A stretch of DNA of 61,825 nucleotides, the filler included, from Thermodesulfobacteriota bacterium (GTDB lineage Bacteria > DASVDK01): assembly GCA_036381125.1 (NCBI GenBank). It is 8 parts of 8 records of this genome, joined end to end, with 100 filler letters (N's around TTAATTAATTAA, not from the genome) between each part and the next. Parts side by side here need not be neighbours in the genome. Positions count along the whole stretch, not along the records: positions 32,754 to 50,056 come from DASVDK010000253.1; positions 50,157 to 55,339 come from DASVDK010000254.1; positions 55,440 to 58,032 come from DASVDK010000255.1; positions 58,133 to 61,825 come from DASVDK010000259.1; 4 more parts are not named here. One strand, given 5' to 3'. Below, piece by piece: positions 49,648-58,857 of this stretch; within the stretch, counting starts at the first letter, position 1, and the number at the start of each line of letters is the position of its first letter. A model generated the notes under the pieces. The model was not told the origin of the DNA and did no database searches. It saw only the letters and a list, made by a program, of their open reading frames with translations. The position numbers and the translations under genes are program-made.

Positions 49648-50056
49648 GCGGGACGCGCCCACTGCCGTTCGAGGGGCTGCGCGTCGTCGACCTGACGCAC
49701 GTGCTCGCCGGGCCCTTCGGGGCGATGATCCTCGCGGACCTCGGCGCGACGGTGTACAAGATCGAGAAGCCGGGCCGAGGCGACACCACGCGCGGGACCC
49801 CGCCGTTCATCAACGGGATCAGTCACTACTTCCTGGCCGTCAACCGCAACAAGTACAGCGTCGGCGTGGACATCAAGACGCCTCGAGGCCGAGAGGTCGT
49901 CGCGGAGCTCGCGCGCCGCAGCGACATCATGATCAACAACTTCAGGCCCGGCGTCCTGGCCCAATACGGTCTCGACTACGAGAGCCTGAAGGCGGCGAAC
50001 CCCGGACTCATCTATTGCTCGATCAGTGGCTTCGGCGAGTCGGGTCCCTACCGCGA
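49644..50056 (+). CDS. Family III CoA-transferase (CaiB/BaiF), 3' truncated
   Basis: GLRVVDLTHVLAGPF..MILADLGA; NRNK; NFRPG; YCSISGFG. Confidence 0.94.
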
Positions 50057-50156
50057 NNNNNNNNNNNNNNNNNNNNNNNNNNNNNNNNNNNNNNNNNNNN
50101 TTAATTAATTAANNNNNNNNNNNNNNNNNNNNNNNNNNNNNNNNNNNNNNNNNNNN

Positions 50157-50945
50157 GTGCTCTACGTCGTGGCGGTCGGCCTCCTCGTCGTCTACGGCGT
50201 CCTCAAGATCATCAACCTCGCGCACGGGGCGTTCCTCGCCCTCGGCGCCTACGCCGCGGTGGTGACGACCCGCCTCGGGTGGAACCCCTGGACGGCGCTC
50301 CTCCTCGCGGTGGTCCTCGGCGTGGCGGTGGCGGCGCTGGTCGAGTGGCGGGTCCTCAGGGCGCTCTACGCGAGGCCGCTCGACACGATCCTCGCCACCT
50401 GGGGCCTCAACATCATCGTCGTCCAGGCGATCACCCTCTACTTCGGCCGGGAGATCCAGTTCGCCGAGAGCCCGATCACCCGGGCCGTCACGGTCGGCGG
50501 GGCGACCTACTCGCAGTACCGGCTCGTGCTCCTCGCGATCGCCGCGGCGGTGGGCGTGGCGGTCTGGCTCGTCCTCCAGCGGACCCGGATCGGCGTCGTG
50601 GCGCGGGCCGTCATCATGAACGAGGAGCTGGCGCAGGCGCTCGGCATCAACACCCGCCTCGTCCGCTTCGTCACCTTCTGCCTCGGGGCCGGGCTCGCGA
50701 GCCTCGCCGGCGCGCTGCTCACGCCGCTCATGAGCGTCCACCCGAACCTCGGCGTCCCCTGGCTCATCAACGCCTTCATGCTGGTCCTCGTGGCCGGCGT
50801 CTCGATCGGCAACCTCGCCCTCGCGGCCCTCGTCCTGGGCGGCGCGCAGGTGCTGGTCAGCGCCTACGGCAACCCGGTCCTCGGCAGCCTCACCATCGTC
50901 ATCCTCGCCGTCGTCATCCTCCGGTTCCGGACGATCACGATCTGA
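50157..50945 (+). CDS. LIV/Urt-type ABC permease, 5' truncated
   Basis: GLLVVYGVLKIINLAHG; PLDTILATWG; TRIG...RAV..N. Confidence 0.9.
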   Translation: MLYVVAVGLLVVYGVLKIINLAHGAFLALGAYAAVVTTRLGWNPWTALLLAVVLGVAVAALVEWRVLRALYARPLDTILATWGLNIIVVQAITLYFGREIQFAESPITRAVTVGGATYSQYRLVLLAIAAAVGVAVWLVLQRTRIGVVARAVIMNEELAQALGINTRLVRFVTFCLGAGLASLAGALLTPLMSVHPNLGVPWLINAFMLVLVAGVSIGNLALAALVLGGAQVLVSAYGNPVLGSLTIVILAVVILRFRTITI

Positions 50946-50969
50946 GGGGCGTCGCTCCACCGCGACGAA

Positions 50970-51006
50970 GTGACAGGCCTCGAGGATATGTGTATAATAT
51001 ACACAT
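50970..51006 (+). promoter_or_regulatory. hicAB promoter with palindromic operator
   Basis: GTGACA (50970-50975)-17 nt-TATAAT (50993-50998); perfect inverted repeat ATGTGTATA-A-TATACACAT (50988-51006) covering the -10. Confidence 0.82.
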
Positions 51007-51019
51007 CGCGGGGAGGCCG

Positions 51020-51220
51020 GTGCCGGTCAGCAGTCGGGACATCCTGAAGGAACTGAGGGCCGATGGCTGGTACGAGGTCGCACGCGTGGGTAGCCACGTG
51101 CAGTTCAAGCATCCGACGAAGCCCGGCCACGTTACGGTGCCTCATCCCAGGCGGGACCTGCCCATTGGAACAGTCCGGAGCATCGAGAAACAGGCGAGCA
51201 TCGCACTGGTGAGGAAGTAG
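51020..51220 (+). CDS. hicA: HicA family toxin (mRNA interferase)
   Basis: L..DGW......GSH.QFKHPTKPG.VTVPHP..DLP.GT..SI.KQA; GGAGG RBS before GTG. Confidence 0.93.
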   Translation: MPVSSRDILKELRADGWYEVARVGSHVQFKHPTKPGHVTVPHPRRDLPIGTVRSIEKQASIALVRK

Positions 51221-51222
51221 CC

Positions 51223-51615
51223 ATGCAACGCCGATACGTCGCCATCGTGCGCAAGGCGCGTCGGTCGCACTACGGAGTCGAGTTCCCCGACTTCCCCGGC
51301 GTCGTCACGGCCGGCCGGACCATGGAGGAGGCGGCTGCCATGGCCCAGGAGGCTCTGAGCCTGCACATCAAGGGCATGCTGGAGGACGGCGAGGCGATCC
51401 CCGAGCCTACGCCGGCCGACAAGGCGTTCGCCGAGGCGGAGCCGGGCGAGCGTCTCGCCTTTCTCTTCGTCACGCCGGAGTTGCCCTCGCGCGCGGTCCG
51501 CGTGAACATCACCGTGGACGAGCACCTGTTGCGCGCGGCCGATGCCGAGGCCGCCCGGCGCGGCACGAGCCGGTCGGGCCTGATCAGCGAGCTGATCCGA
51601 GAGGCGATCCGTTGA
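51223..51615 (+). CDS. hicB: HicB family antitoxin with C-terminal RHH
   Basis: YGVEFPDFPGVVTAG.T.EEA; DGEAIPEP; RVNITVDEHLL..SRSGLI. Confidence 0.93.
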   Translation: MQRRYVAIVRKARRSHYGVEFPDFPGVVTAGRTMEEAAAMAQEALSLHIKGMLEDGEAIPEPTPADKAFAEAEPGERLAFLFVTPELPSRAVRVNITVDEHLLRAADAEAARRGTSRSGLISELIREAIR

Positions 51616-52219
51616 GCGCGCGCGGGCGCCCGGCCGCCAGAGCCCGCCTCGCCCGGCGCAGGCGGACGAGGCCGACGGCGGCGAGTCCGACGAGCGCGAC
51701 CTGGACGGGCGGCGAGGCGTGCGAGAGCACGTGCGCCGTCCCCGCGCTCATGCCCATGAGGGCGAGGACGCCGCCGGACATGCCGGGACCGCAGCAGCCG
51801 AGGAGCCCGGTGCCGCTCGCCGCCACGGTGGCGAGGAGGCCGGAGCCGGCCGTCGTCGCCGGACCTGCCAGCCGGCCGATCGGGCAGGCGGCCCGCAGCC
51901 CCAGATAGGCGACGAGGTTGAGCCCCATCAGCACGCCGAGCGCGACCGAGACCGTGAGCTGCCAGACCGACAGCGTGAACATGCTGGCGATCAGCTCGCC
52001 GCTCGTCATGTTGACGGCGACGAGCGGCGCCCGGCCGATCTCGAAGGGGTTGCCGCTCCTGATGGCGGCGAGCAACTCCTCGTACGGCGCGTACCAGCTC
52101 ACCCGGAGCACGCCGAACTTCCGGTAGGCGAGGGCTCCGTAGACGACCGGCGGGAGGGCCAGCACGAGGAGCGTCGTCCCGGCAACGAGCGAGGCGTCGC
52201 GCAACCTGGCCCACCTCAT
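51584..52219 (-). CDS. Hypothetical membrane protein with a GCCG motif
   Basis: About four hydrophobic segments; ATGA overlap with the nitrilase stop; GGAGG upstream. Confidence 0.72.
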   Translation of the reverse strand: MRWARLRDASLVAGTTLLVLALPPVVYGALAYRKFGVLRVSWYAPYEELLAAIRSGNPFEIGRAPLVAVNMTSGELIASMFTLSVWQLTVSVALGVLMGLNLVAYLGLRAACPIGRLAGPATTAGSGLLATVAASGTGLLGCCGPGMSGGVLALMGMSAGTAHVLSHASPPVQVALVGLAAVGLVRLRRARRALAAGRPRALNGSPLGSAR

Positions 52220-53274
52220 CCCGACACCTCCAGGAGGTCGTTCGACGCCGGCGCCTGGGCGGCCGCGGATCGGGCGGGCGCCCCGCCCTCGCGCCCGTCG
52301 ATCTCGAACGTGATCGGCCGGTTCGCCGACCGGTCGACGGTCAGCTTGAAGACGTCGAAGCGGTTGTAGTACCCGACGACGTCGTGGAACTGCTTGGGCT
52401 CGACGCACGCGGCGACGTCGATGTCGGCGTAGAGGAGGCCCTCGGCGTCGCTGAGGACCTCGCCGATCGTCTCGCCGGTCGGTCCCAGCACCATCGAGAC
52501 CCCGCGCGGGCTGCCGTCCACGATCCGGCCCGCGTCGCGGTCGAGCGCGGCCAGGGCGTCGCGCATGGGGCGGTCCATGAAGCCCGAGGCGACGACGGTG
52601 AACGCCTTGGCCTCGAACGCGTGTGCGCCGGCCCGGATCCGGATCGCCGTGGCGAGGTCGTAGTTGCCGGCCTCCTTCGGATCGCGCGTCGGCCAGACCG
52701 GCGGGTAGGTGGAGACGTGGACCTGCTCGCCCTGGGCCATGAGCGTGAAGCGCGCGAGCGGGTTCGTGTTCTCCCCGCAGATCAGCACGCCGATCCGGCC
52801 GATGGCGGTGTCCGACACGACGAGCCCCGCGCCGTCGCCGTTGGCCCAGACGAGCTTCTCGAAGAAGGTCGGCACGAGCTTCCGGTGGTGGTTGAGGATG
52901 GCGCCGTCCTCGCCGATGAGCACGTTCGAGTTCCAGAGGCAGCCGACGCTGGCCTCGGTGCGCTCGTTGAACCCGAGCGACACGAAGACGCCGCACCGGC
53001 GCGCCGTCGCGCAGACGCGCGCCATCTCGGGGCCGTTCACCAGCATCGACTGAGCCGCCAGCCGCCGGAAGAGGTCGTGGTTGTGGATCGGCGCGCGCAG
53101 CGCCGCCCAGACCGGGAAGGCCGGCACGTAGGTCTCGGGGAAGACGACGAGCCGCGCGCCGTGGCGTGCGGCCTCCTCGATCAGCGCGCAGGTCTTCGCG
53201 ATCGTGGCGTCGAGGTCGAGGAAGACCGGCGCCACGTGCGCGGCGGCGACCGTATAGGCGGGATACGTGACCAT
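52216..53274 (-). CDS. Nitrilase / carbon-nitrogen hydrolase
   Basis: Glu-Lys-Cys triad in VFPET, HRKLVPT and LICGEN; DVVGYYNRFDVF. Confidence 0.93.
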   Translation of the reverse strand: MVTYPAYTVAAAHVAPVFLDLDATIAKTCALIEEAARHGARLVVFPETYVPAFPVWAALRAPIHNHDLFRRLAAQSMLVNGPEMARVCATARRCGVFVSLGFNERTEASVGCLWNSNVLIGEDGAILNHHRKLVPTFFEKLVWANGDGAGLVVSDTAIGRIGVLICGENTNPLARFTLMAQGEQVHVSTYPPVWPTRDPKEAGNYDLATAIRIRAGAHAFEAKAFTVVASGFMDRPMRDALAALDRDAGRIVDGSPRGVSMVLGPTGETIGEVLSDAEGLLYADIDVAACVEPKQFHDVVGYYNRFDVFKLTVDRSANRPITFEIDGREGGAPARSAAAQAPASNDLLEVSG

Positions 53275-53342
53275 GGCGATCTCCCAGGAGGTCCCGGGGC
53301 GGCCGGCCCGCGCGGGCCGACCGTCCCGGCGGGCCCGACCGG

Positions 53343-54620
53343 CTAGATCCTCTCCTTCGTGAAGTCCACGCGCGGCGGGAAGGCCTTCTCCACCTCGGAG
53401 GCCGGGATCCGGTGCTTCACGTGCAGCTCGCCGTTCTCGATCCGGCTCATGGCGAAGTCGATCACCGCCTTGTGGTCCTGGGGCCGGATGTACTTGTCGC
53501 CCTGCGGGTGCTCGAAGGACTCCTTCACCTGCATCCCCTCGAGCGCCTCGATGAAGTCGAGCGTGTCCTTCCTCGACTTCCACCCGCTCTTCTCGACCGC
53601 CTTCTTGATGAAGAAGACGCTCTCCCAGACGGCCCAGTAGTGGCTGCCGGCGATGATCCGGTTGCTGCCCTCCTCCCTGCCGTCGATCGGGTCCACGCGA
53701 AGGAGCTCGCGCACCTTCCGGTGGTACGGCGTGTCCTTGTACTTGAGCATCCGCGGGTGGTACTCGAGCAGGTAGATGCCCTCGGAGGCGCCGGCCAGGT
53801 CCTTGGGGGAGATCGCCTCGTGCGTGCAGATGACCGAGTAGCGCTTCATCCGCTGGTCGAGGCCCATCGACTTGCTCTGGGTGTAGAGCGCGACCGACTG
53901 GGGCCCGAAGAAGATCGAGTAGAGCTCCTCGGTGTCCGGCGGCACCTTGGCGAGGTACGGGAGGAGGTCCTTCGCGTCGAGCGGGACGGCGATCGGCTCG
54001 TGGATCTTCGCGCCGAGCCTGTCGAGGACCTTCTTGTGCTCGTTGTAGTGGCTCCACCCCCACCCGTAGTCCGCGAAGATGAAGGTCCAGACCTTCCCGA
54101 GGTTGTTGTTGGCCCAGGCCGCCCCGGCCGCCGCCTGCGAGTAGGTGTCGCTGCCGACCCTGAAGACGTAGCGGTTGCCCTTCTCGCCGGTCATCTCCTC
54201 GGCCATCGCCTGCGGGATGTAGATCGTCCTCAGCTCGCGGGCGATCGGCACGGTGGCGAGGCCGACGCCCGAGTGGACGGTCCCGATGACGAAGTCGGCC
54301 TTGCTGCGCTGCACCAGCGAGCGGAACTTCCGCGCGCCGGTCGGCGGGTTCGACTCGGTGTCCTCGGCGACGTACCGCACCTCGCGCCCGGCGATGCCGC
54401 CGTTGGCGTTGATGTGGTCGATCGCGATCCTGGCAGCCTTGTCGCACCAGTAGCCCCAGGAGGAGAAGCCGCCCGTGAGGTCCACCTGGTGCCCGATGAC
54501 GATCGGGTCGCCGGAGGACCTGGCGGCGAAGAGGCCCTTCGCGATGGTGAGGCTCGCGCCCTGCGCGGCGACGCCGCCGGCAACGGCACGTGCGAGGAAC
54601 GTCCGACGCGTGGTGGACAT
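53343..54620 (-). CDS. LIV/amide-type ABC substrate-binding protein with Tat signal
   Basis: TRRTFL leader; INANGGIAGR; EDTES; ADYGWG. Confidence 0.9.
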   Translation of the reverse strand: MSTTRRTFLARAVAGGVAAQGASLTIAKGLFAARSSGDPIVIGHQVDLTGGFSSWGYWCDKAARIAIDHINANGGIAGREVRYVAEDTESNPPTGARKFRSLVQRSKADFVIGTVHSGVGLATVPIARELRTIYIPQAMAEEMTGEKGNRYVFRVGSDTYSQAAAGAAWANNNLGKVWTFIFADYGWGWSHYNEHKKVLDRLGAKIHEPIAVPLDAKDLLPYLAKVPPDTEELYSIFFGPQSVALYTQSKSMGLDQRMKRYSVICTHEAISPKDLAGASEGIYLLEYHPRMLKYKDTPYHRKVRELLRVDPIDGREEGSNRIIAGSHYWAVWESVFFIKKAVEKSGWKSRKDTLDFIEALEGMQVKESFEHPQGDKYIRPQDHKAVIDFAMSRIENGELHVKHRIPASEVEKAFPPRVDFTKERI

Positions 54621-54658
54621 GGCTTCCCCCTTCCAGGCGCCCGGGTCTCGGCGCCTCC

Positions 54659-55339
54659 CTAGAGCGCGACCCCCAGGAAGCGGTGAATGATCTCGGGACG
54701 CTCCCGGAGGTCCCGGGCCGCTCCCTGATAGCAGATGACGCCCTTCTCCATGATGTAGACGCGCTCGCACACGGCGAGCGCGGTCCGGATGTTCTGCTCG
54801 ACCAGGAGGATCGACACGCCGGAGCGGTTGATCGCCCGGATGTCCTCACGGATGGCGGCGACGAGCTTGGGCATGATCCCCTCGGTGGGCTCGTCGAGGA
54901 GGATCAGCTTCGGCCGCATGACGAGGCAGCGGGCGATGGCGAGCATCTGCTGCTCGCCGCCGGACAGCGTGCCGCCCAGTTGCCGGAGTCGGGTGCGGAG
55001 GACCGGGAAGCGCTCGAAGACCCCGTCGAGCTCGCCGTCGACGGGGTTGCGCGGCAGGCCCAGGCACATGTTCTCGTAGACCGTGAGGGTCGGGAAGATG
55101 CGGCGGCCCTGCGGGACGTAGCCGATCCCCTGCCGGGGGATGGTGTGCGGCGGCATGCGGTCGATCCTGGCGCCGTCGAAGGCGATGCTGCCGCCGGTCG
55201 CCCGCGTGAGCCCCATGATCGCCCTGAGCGTCGTCGTCTTGCCGACGCCGTTGCGCCCGAGGAGCGCCACCGCCTCGCCGTCGCCGACCGTGAGGTCGAC
55301 GCCCTGGAGCACGTGGCTCTTCCCGTAGTGCGCGTGGAC
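54659..55339 (-). CDS. LIV-type ABC ATPase (LivF/UrtE-like), 5' truncated
   Basis: GRNGVGKTT; YVPQGRRIF; LSGGEQQMLAIAR; DEPTEG. Confidence 0.93.
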   Translation of the reverse strand, partial: VHAHYGKSHVLQGVDLTVGDGEAVALLGRNGVGKTTTLRAIMGLTRATGGSIAFDGARIDRMPPHTIPRQGIGYVPQGRRIFPTLTVYENMCLGLPRNPVDGELDGVFERFPVLRTRLRQLGGTLSGGEQQMLAIARCLVMRPKLILLDEPTEGIMPKLVAAIREDIRAINRSGVSILLVEQNIRTALAVCERVYIMEKGVICYQGAARDLRERPEIIHRFLGVAL

Positions 55340-55439
55340 NNNNNNNNNNNNNNNNNNNNNNNNNNNNNNNNNNNNNNNNNNNNTTAATTAATTAANNNNN
55401 NNNNNNNNNNNNNNNNNNNNNNNNNNNNNNNNNNNNNNN

Positions 55440-56141
55440 GTCCACGCCGGGACCGACACGCGAGACGCCGAGGCCGCGCCGCCGGGCCGCGGCGCGCTGA
55501 TCGTGATCGAGGGGATCGACGGCGCGGGGAAGTCGACGCAGCACGCGCGGCTCGCCGAGCGACTCGCGGCCGAGGGCTACGCGGTGACCGCCTCGCGCGA
55601 GCCGACCGACGGCCCGCACGGGCGCCGCATCCGCGAGATCGCCCGGGAGGGACGCCGGGCGGCGAGCGCCGAGGAGGAGGTGCGCCTCTTTCTCGACGAC
55701 CGCCGCGAGCACGTGAGTCGGGTGATCGCCCCGGCGCTCGCGGCCGGCCGGGTCGTGCTCCTCGACCGGTACTACCTCTCCACGATCGCCTACCAGGGGG
55801 CGCTCGGGATCGACCCGGGCTTCATCCAGCAGGCCAACGAGAGCTTCGCGCCGCCGCCCGACCTGGCGCTGATCCTCATGCTCCCGGTCGCGCAGGCGCT
55901 CGACCGGATCCGGGCCGGGCGCCCCGGTGGGCTCGACCTGGCGTTCGAGCGGGCCGACTACCTCGAGCGCGTCGCGGCGCTCTTCCGCAGCATGCCCGAT
56001 CGCCTCGACCCGAGCGTGACCGAGGTGCGGATCGTCGACGCGTCGGGCGACGCCGACCTGATCGCGCGACGCCTCGCCGAGCTGTCGCTCGCGCGCCTGG
56101 CCGACCTCGGCGTGCCGCGCCGGTGGCCGGGGCACGGTTGA
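55440..56141 (+). CDS. tmk: Thymidylate kinase (frame open from contig start)
   Basis: IVIEGIDGAGKST; REPT; DR..H; LDRY..ST.AYQG; PDL. Confidence 0.93.
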   Translation, partial: VHAGTDTRDAEAAPPGRGALIVIEGIDGAGKSTQHARLAERLAAEGYAVTASREPTDGPHGRRIREIAREGRRAASAEEEVRLFLDDRREHVSRVIAPALAAGRVVLLDRYYLSTIAYQGALGIDPGFIQQANESFAPPPDLALILMLPVAQALDRIRAGRPGGLDLAFERADYLERVAALFRSMPDRLDPSVTEVRIVDASGDADLIARRLAELSLARLADLGVPRRWPGHG

Positions 56142-56148
56142 TCGGACG

Positions 56149-56385
56149 TCAGGCCCCGGGCGCTTCCGGCGCGGTCGGCTCGGCCGGCGAGAAGTCCATC
56201 TCCGCCACCGCCTCGGGGGGGAGCGAGAAGCCGAGGACCCGGCCGAGCTGCACCTCGTCGGCAATCGGTCCGTGCGCCGCCCGCCACCTGATGATGGCGT
56301 TCGCCTGCTCCCGGCCGATGCCGGGCAGCCGCATCAGCTCGACGTAGTTGCCCAGGTTGATCCGGACCTTCTCCCGTTCCTCCAT
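56149..56385 (-). CDS. Small ComEA-like helix-hairpin-helix protein
   Basis: VRIN....ELMRLPGIG...A.AII.WR..HGP; GGAGG RBS. Confidence 0.8.
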   Translation of the reverse strand: MEEREKVRINLGNYVELMRLPGIGREQANAIIRWRAAHGPIADEVQLGRVLGFSLPPEAVAEMDFSPAEPTAPEAPGA

Positions 56386-56441
56386 GCTCGTCCTCCCCCG
56401 CGCCGGGGCGGCGCCGCGCGGCGCGCGCCCAACCGCGCCGG

Positions 56442-57944
56442 CTACCGGACCGCGGCCGCCCCCTTCGTCCGGGCCTCCTCGGCGGCCACGTCGGCCGCCG
56501 CCTTGCGCACCGCGGCGGGAAGCCCCTCGAGGTCGGCCTCGGTGGTCACGGGATTCATGAGCGCCGCCCGGAGGTGCAGCCCGCCCGGCAGGCGCGCCTG
56601 CGAGAGGTAGTAGTCGCCCGATCGGGCGAGGCGGCGGCGCACCGACTCCTGGAAGGCGTCGAGGGCCGAGCCGGAGAGGCCGGGGCGCCGCACGCGGAAG
56701 CAGACGATGTTGGACTCGGGCGCCACCGGGACCTCGAGGTCGGGCTCGCGGGAGAGCCGCTCGGCAAGCCACTGGGCCAGCGCGTAGGTGCGCTCGAGCG
56801 GCGCGATGACGCGCGCCACGCCGTGGGTCTGCAGGGCGAGCCAGAGCGGGAGCGCGAGCACCCGCTTGGTGGTCTCGAACGTGCGGTGGCCGAGGTCGAA
56901 GCGGGCGTCGGCCGCCTCGGCGTGGTAGAGGTACGAGGCGTCCTGCTCGAAGACCGTGTGGGCGCGCCGGCCGTCCCGGAAGAGGACCGCGGTGGCCAGC
57001 GCCGGCATGAACAGCATCTTGTGGAAGTCCCACACGAGCGAGTCGGCCAGCTCCACGCCGTCGAGCCGCGCGCGGTGCGCGGGCGACACCAGGGCCGAGG
57101 CGCCGTGCGCGCCGTCGACGTGGAACCAGAGGCCCCGCTCCCGGCAGAACTCGCCGATCTCCCGCAGCGGATCGTAGGCGCCGGTGGCGGTGACGCCGGC
57201 CGTGGCCACGACCGCCATGACGCGGCGCCCCTCGCGCACCGTGCGCCGGTAGGCGCCGGCGAGTCCGTTGAGGTCGATGCGGCAGGCGGCGTCGGTCGGC
57301 ACCGGCACGACGGCGCTCTCGCCCAGGCCGAGGATGCCGGCCGCGCGCGTGATGCAGTAGTGCACGTGCTCCGAGGCGAGGATCGCCAGCCGCGGCGCCG
57401 CCGCCACGCCCTCGCGCCAGGCGATGGAGGGAGCAACGGCCCCCCGCGCGGCGAGCAGGGCGGTGAGGTTGCCGAGGGTGCCGCCCGACGTGATGAGGCC
57501 GTCGGCGCCGGCCGGAAAGGCGGCCTGCTCGAGGCACCAGCGCGTGATCGCCAGCTCGATGGCCGTTCCGGCTGGCCCCAGCTCGTAGATGCAGGCCTCG
57601 TTGCCGCTCACGGTCGAGACCAGGTCGGCCAGCGCCGCGACGGGGGGCACGACCGACACCTGATGCCCGATGTACTTCGGGTGGTGGACGCTGATCGTGC
57701 CGTCGAGGTACCGCGCGACGGCGACCGGCACGGCCGCCTCGGGCGCCTCCGGGCGTTCGGGGGGCGGCTCGGCGAAGCTCGCCGCCTGCTCGGCGGGGGC
57801 GCGCCAGGGGAGGACCGGCCCTTCGCCCCGCTGCGCGGCGGCGAGGCGGTCGGCGAGCTGGTCGACCAGCGCGTGACCGAGGCGCCTCAGCGCCTCGGGA
57901 TCGTACAGCTCCGCGAGGTCGTCCCTCGCATCCTGACCGGGCAT
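56442..57944 (-). CDS. Group II PLP-dependent decarboxylase (DABA/aromatic amino acid decarboxylase family)
   Basis: HHPKYIGHQ; TSGGT.GN; HY.I.RA; TAG.T.TG.YD; HVDGAHG; DFHK. Confidence 0.93.
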   Translation of the reverse strand: MPGQDARDDLAELYDPEALRRLGHALVDQLADRLAAAQRGEGPVLPWRAPAEQAASFAEPPPERPEAPEAAVPVAVARYLDGTISVHHPKYIGHQVSVVPPVAALADLVSTVSGNEACIYELGPAGTAIELAITRWCLEQAAFPAGADGLITSGGTLGNLTALLAARGAVAPSIAWREGVAAAPRLAILASEHVHYCITRAAGILGLGESAVVPVPTDAACRIDLNGLAGAYRRTVREGRRVMAVVATAGVTATGAYDPLREIGEFCRERGLWFHVDGAHGASALVSPAHRARLDGVELADSLVWDFHKMLFMPALATAVLFRDGRRAHTVFEQDASYLYHAEAADARFDLGHRTFETTKRVLALPLWLALQTHGVARVIAPLERTYALAQWLAERLSREPDLEVPVAPESNIVCFRVRRPGLSGSALDAFQESVRRRLARSGDYYLSQARLPGGLHLRAALMNPVTTEADLEGLPAAVRKAAADVAAEEARTKGAAAVR

Positions 57945-58132
57945 CCGCGTTCGCTCTCGCCTCCGTCGCCGAAAAGTCGGCCAGAGTCTACGGCGCGCCG
58001 GGGGGCGCGTCTACCCCTTGTTCGCGGCGAGANNNNNNNNNNNNNNNNNNNNNNNNNNNNNNNNNNNNNNNNNNNNTTAATTAATTAANNNNNNNNNNNN
58101 NNNNNNNNNNNNNNNNNNNNNNNNNNNNNNNN

Positions 58133-58844
58133 GGTCGACCTCGACGTCCGCGACGGCGAGGTCGCGGCCCTCATCGGCCCGAACGGCGCCGGCAAGACGA
58201 CCCTCTTCAACGTGGTGTCCGGCTTCGTCCGCCCCGCGGCCGGCCGGGTGACCTTCGCGGGGCGCGACCTCGCGCGGCTCTCGACCCACGAGGTGGCGGC
58301 GGCCGGGCTCGTGCGGACGTTCCAGAAGACGAGCGTCTTCGGCGCCATCTCCACCTACGACAATGTCCGCACGTCGCTCCACCTCGAGGGGCGGGCCGGC
58401 CTGCTCGCCACGCTGCTCGGGCTGCCGACGGTCGCCCGGGAGGAGCGGCGGATCGCCGCGCGTGCGGCGGAGATCCTCGAGTTCGTCGGTCTGACCCACC
58501 GCGCGCAGGACCCGGCCGAGTCGCTCCCCTACGGCGAGCAGCGCCTCCTCGAGATCGCCATCGCCCTTGGCGCCTCGCCCCGGCTCCTCCTCCTCGACGA
58601 GCCGGCGGCCGGGATGAACCCCACGGAGACGTCGGCCCTCGGCGCCCTGATCGGCCGGATCCGGGCCAGCGGGGTCACCGTTCTGCTGGTGGAGCACGAC
58701 ATCCGCCTCGTCATGCGGGTGTCCGACCGCGTGACCGTCCTCGACCACGGTAAGGTAATCTGCTGTGATACCCCCCGGGTCGTCCAGCGGCACCCGGCCG
58801 TGGTGCAGGCGTATCTCGGCGCGTCGCCCGGCGACGCCGCCTGA
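58133..58844 (+). CDS. LIV-type ABC ATPase (LivG-like), 5' truncated
   Basis: GPNGAGKTT; LPYGEQRLLEIA; DEPAAGMN; VEHD; AYLG. Confidence 0.93.
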
Positions 58845-58857
58845 CGCAGGAGTCTCG

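Noticed and set aside
56442..57944. Siderophore or secondary-metabolite cluster around the decarboxylase
   Set aside because: No NIS synthetase, monooxygenase or NRPS is adjacent on this short contig
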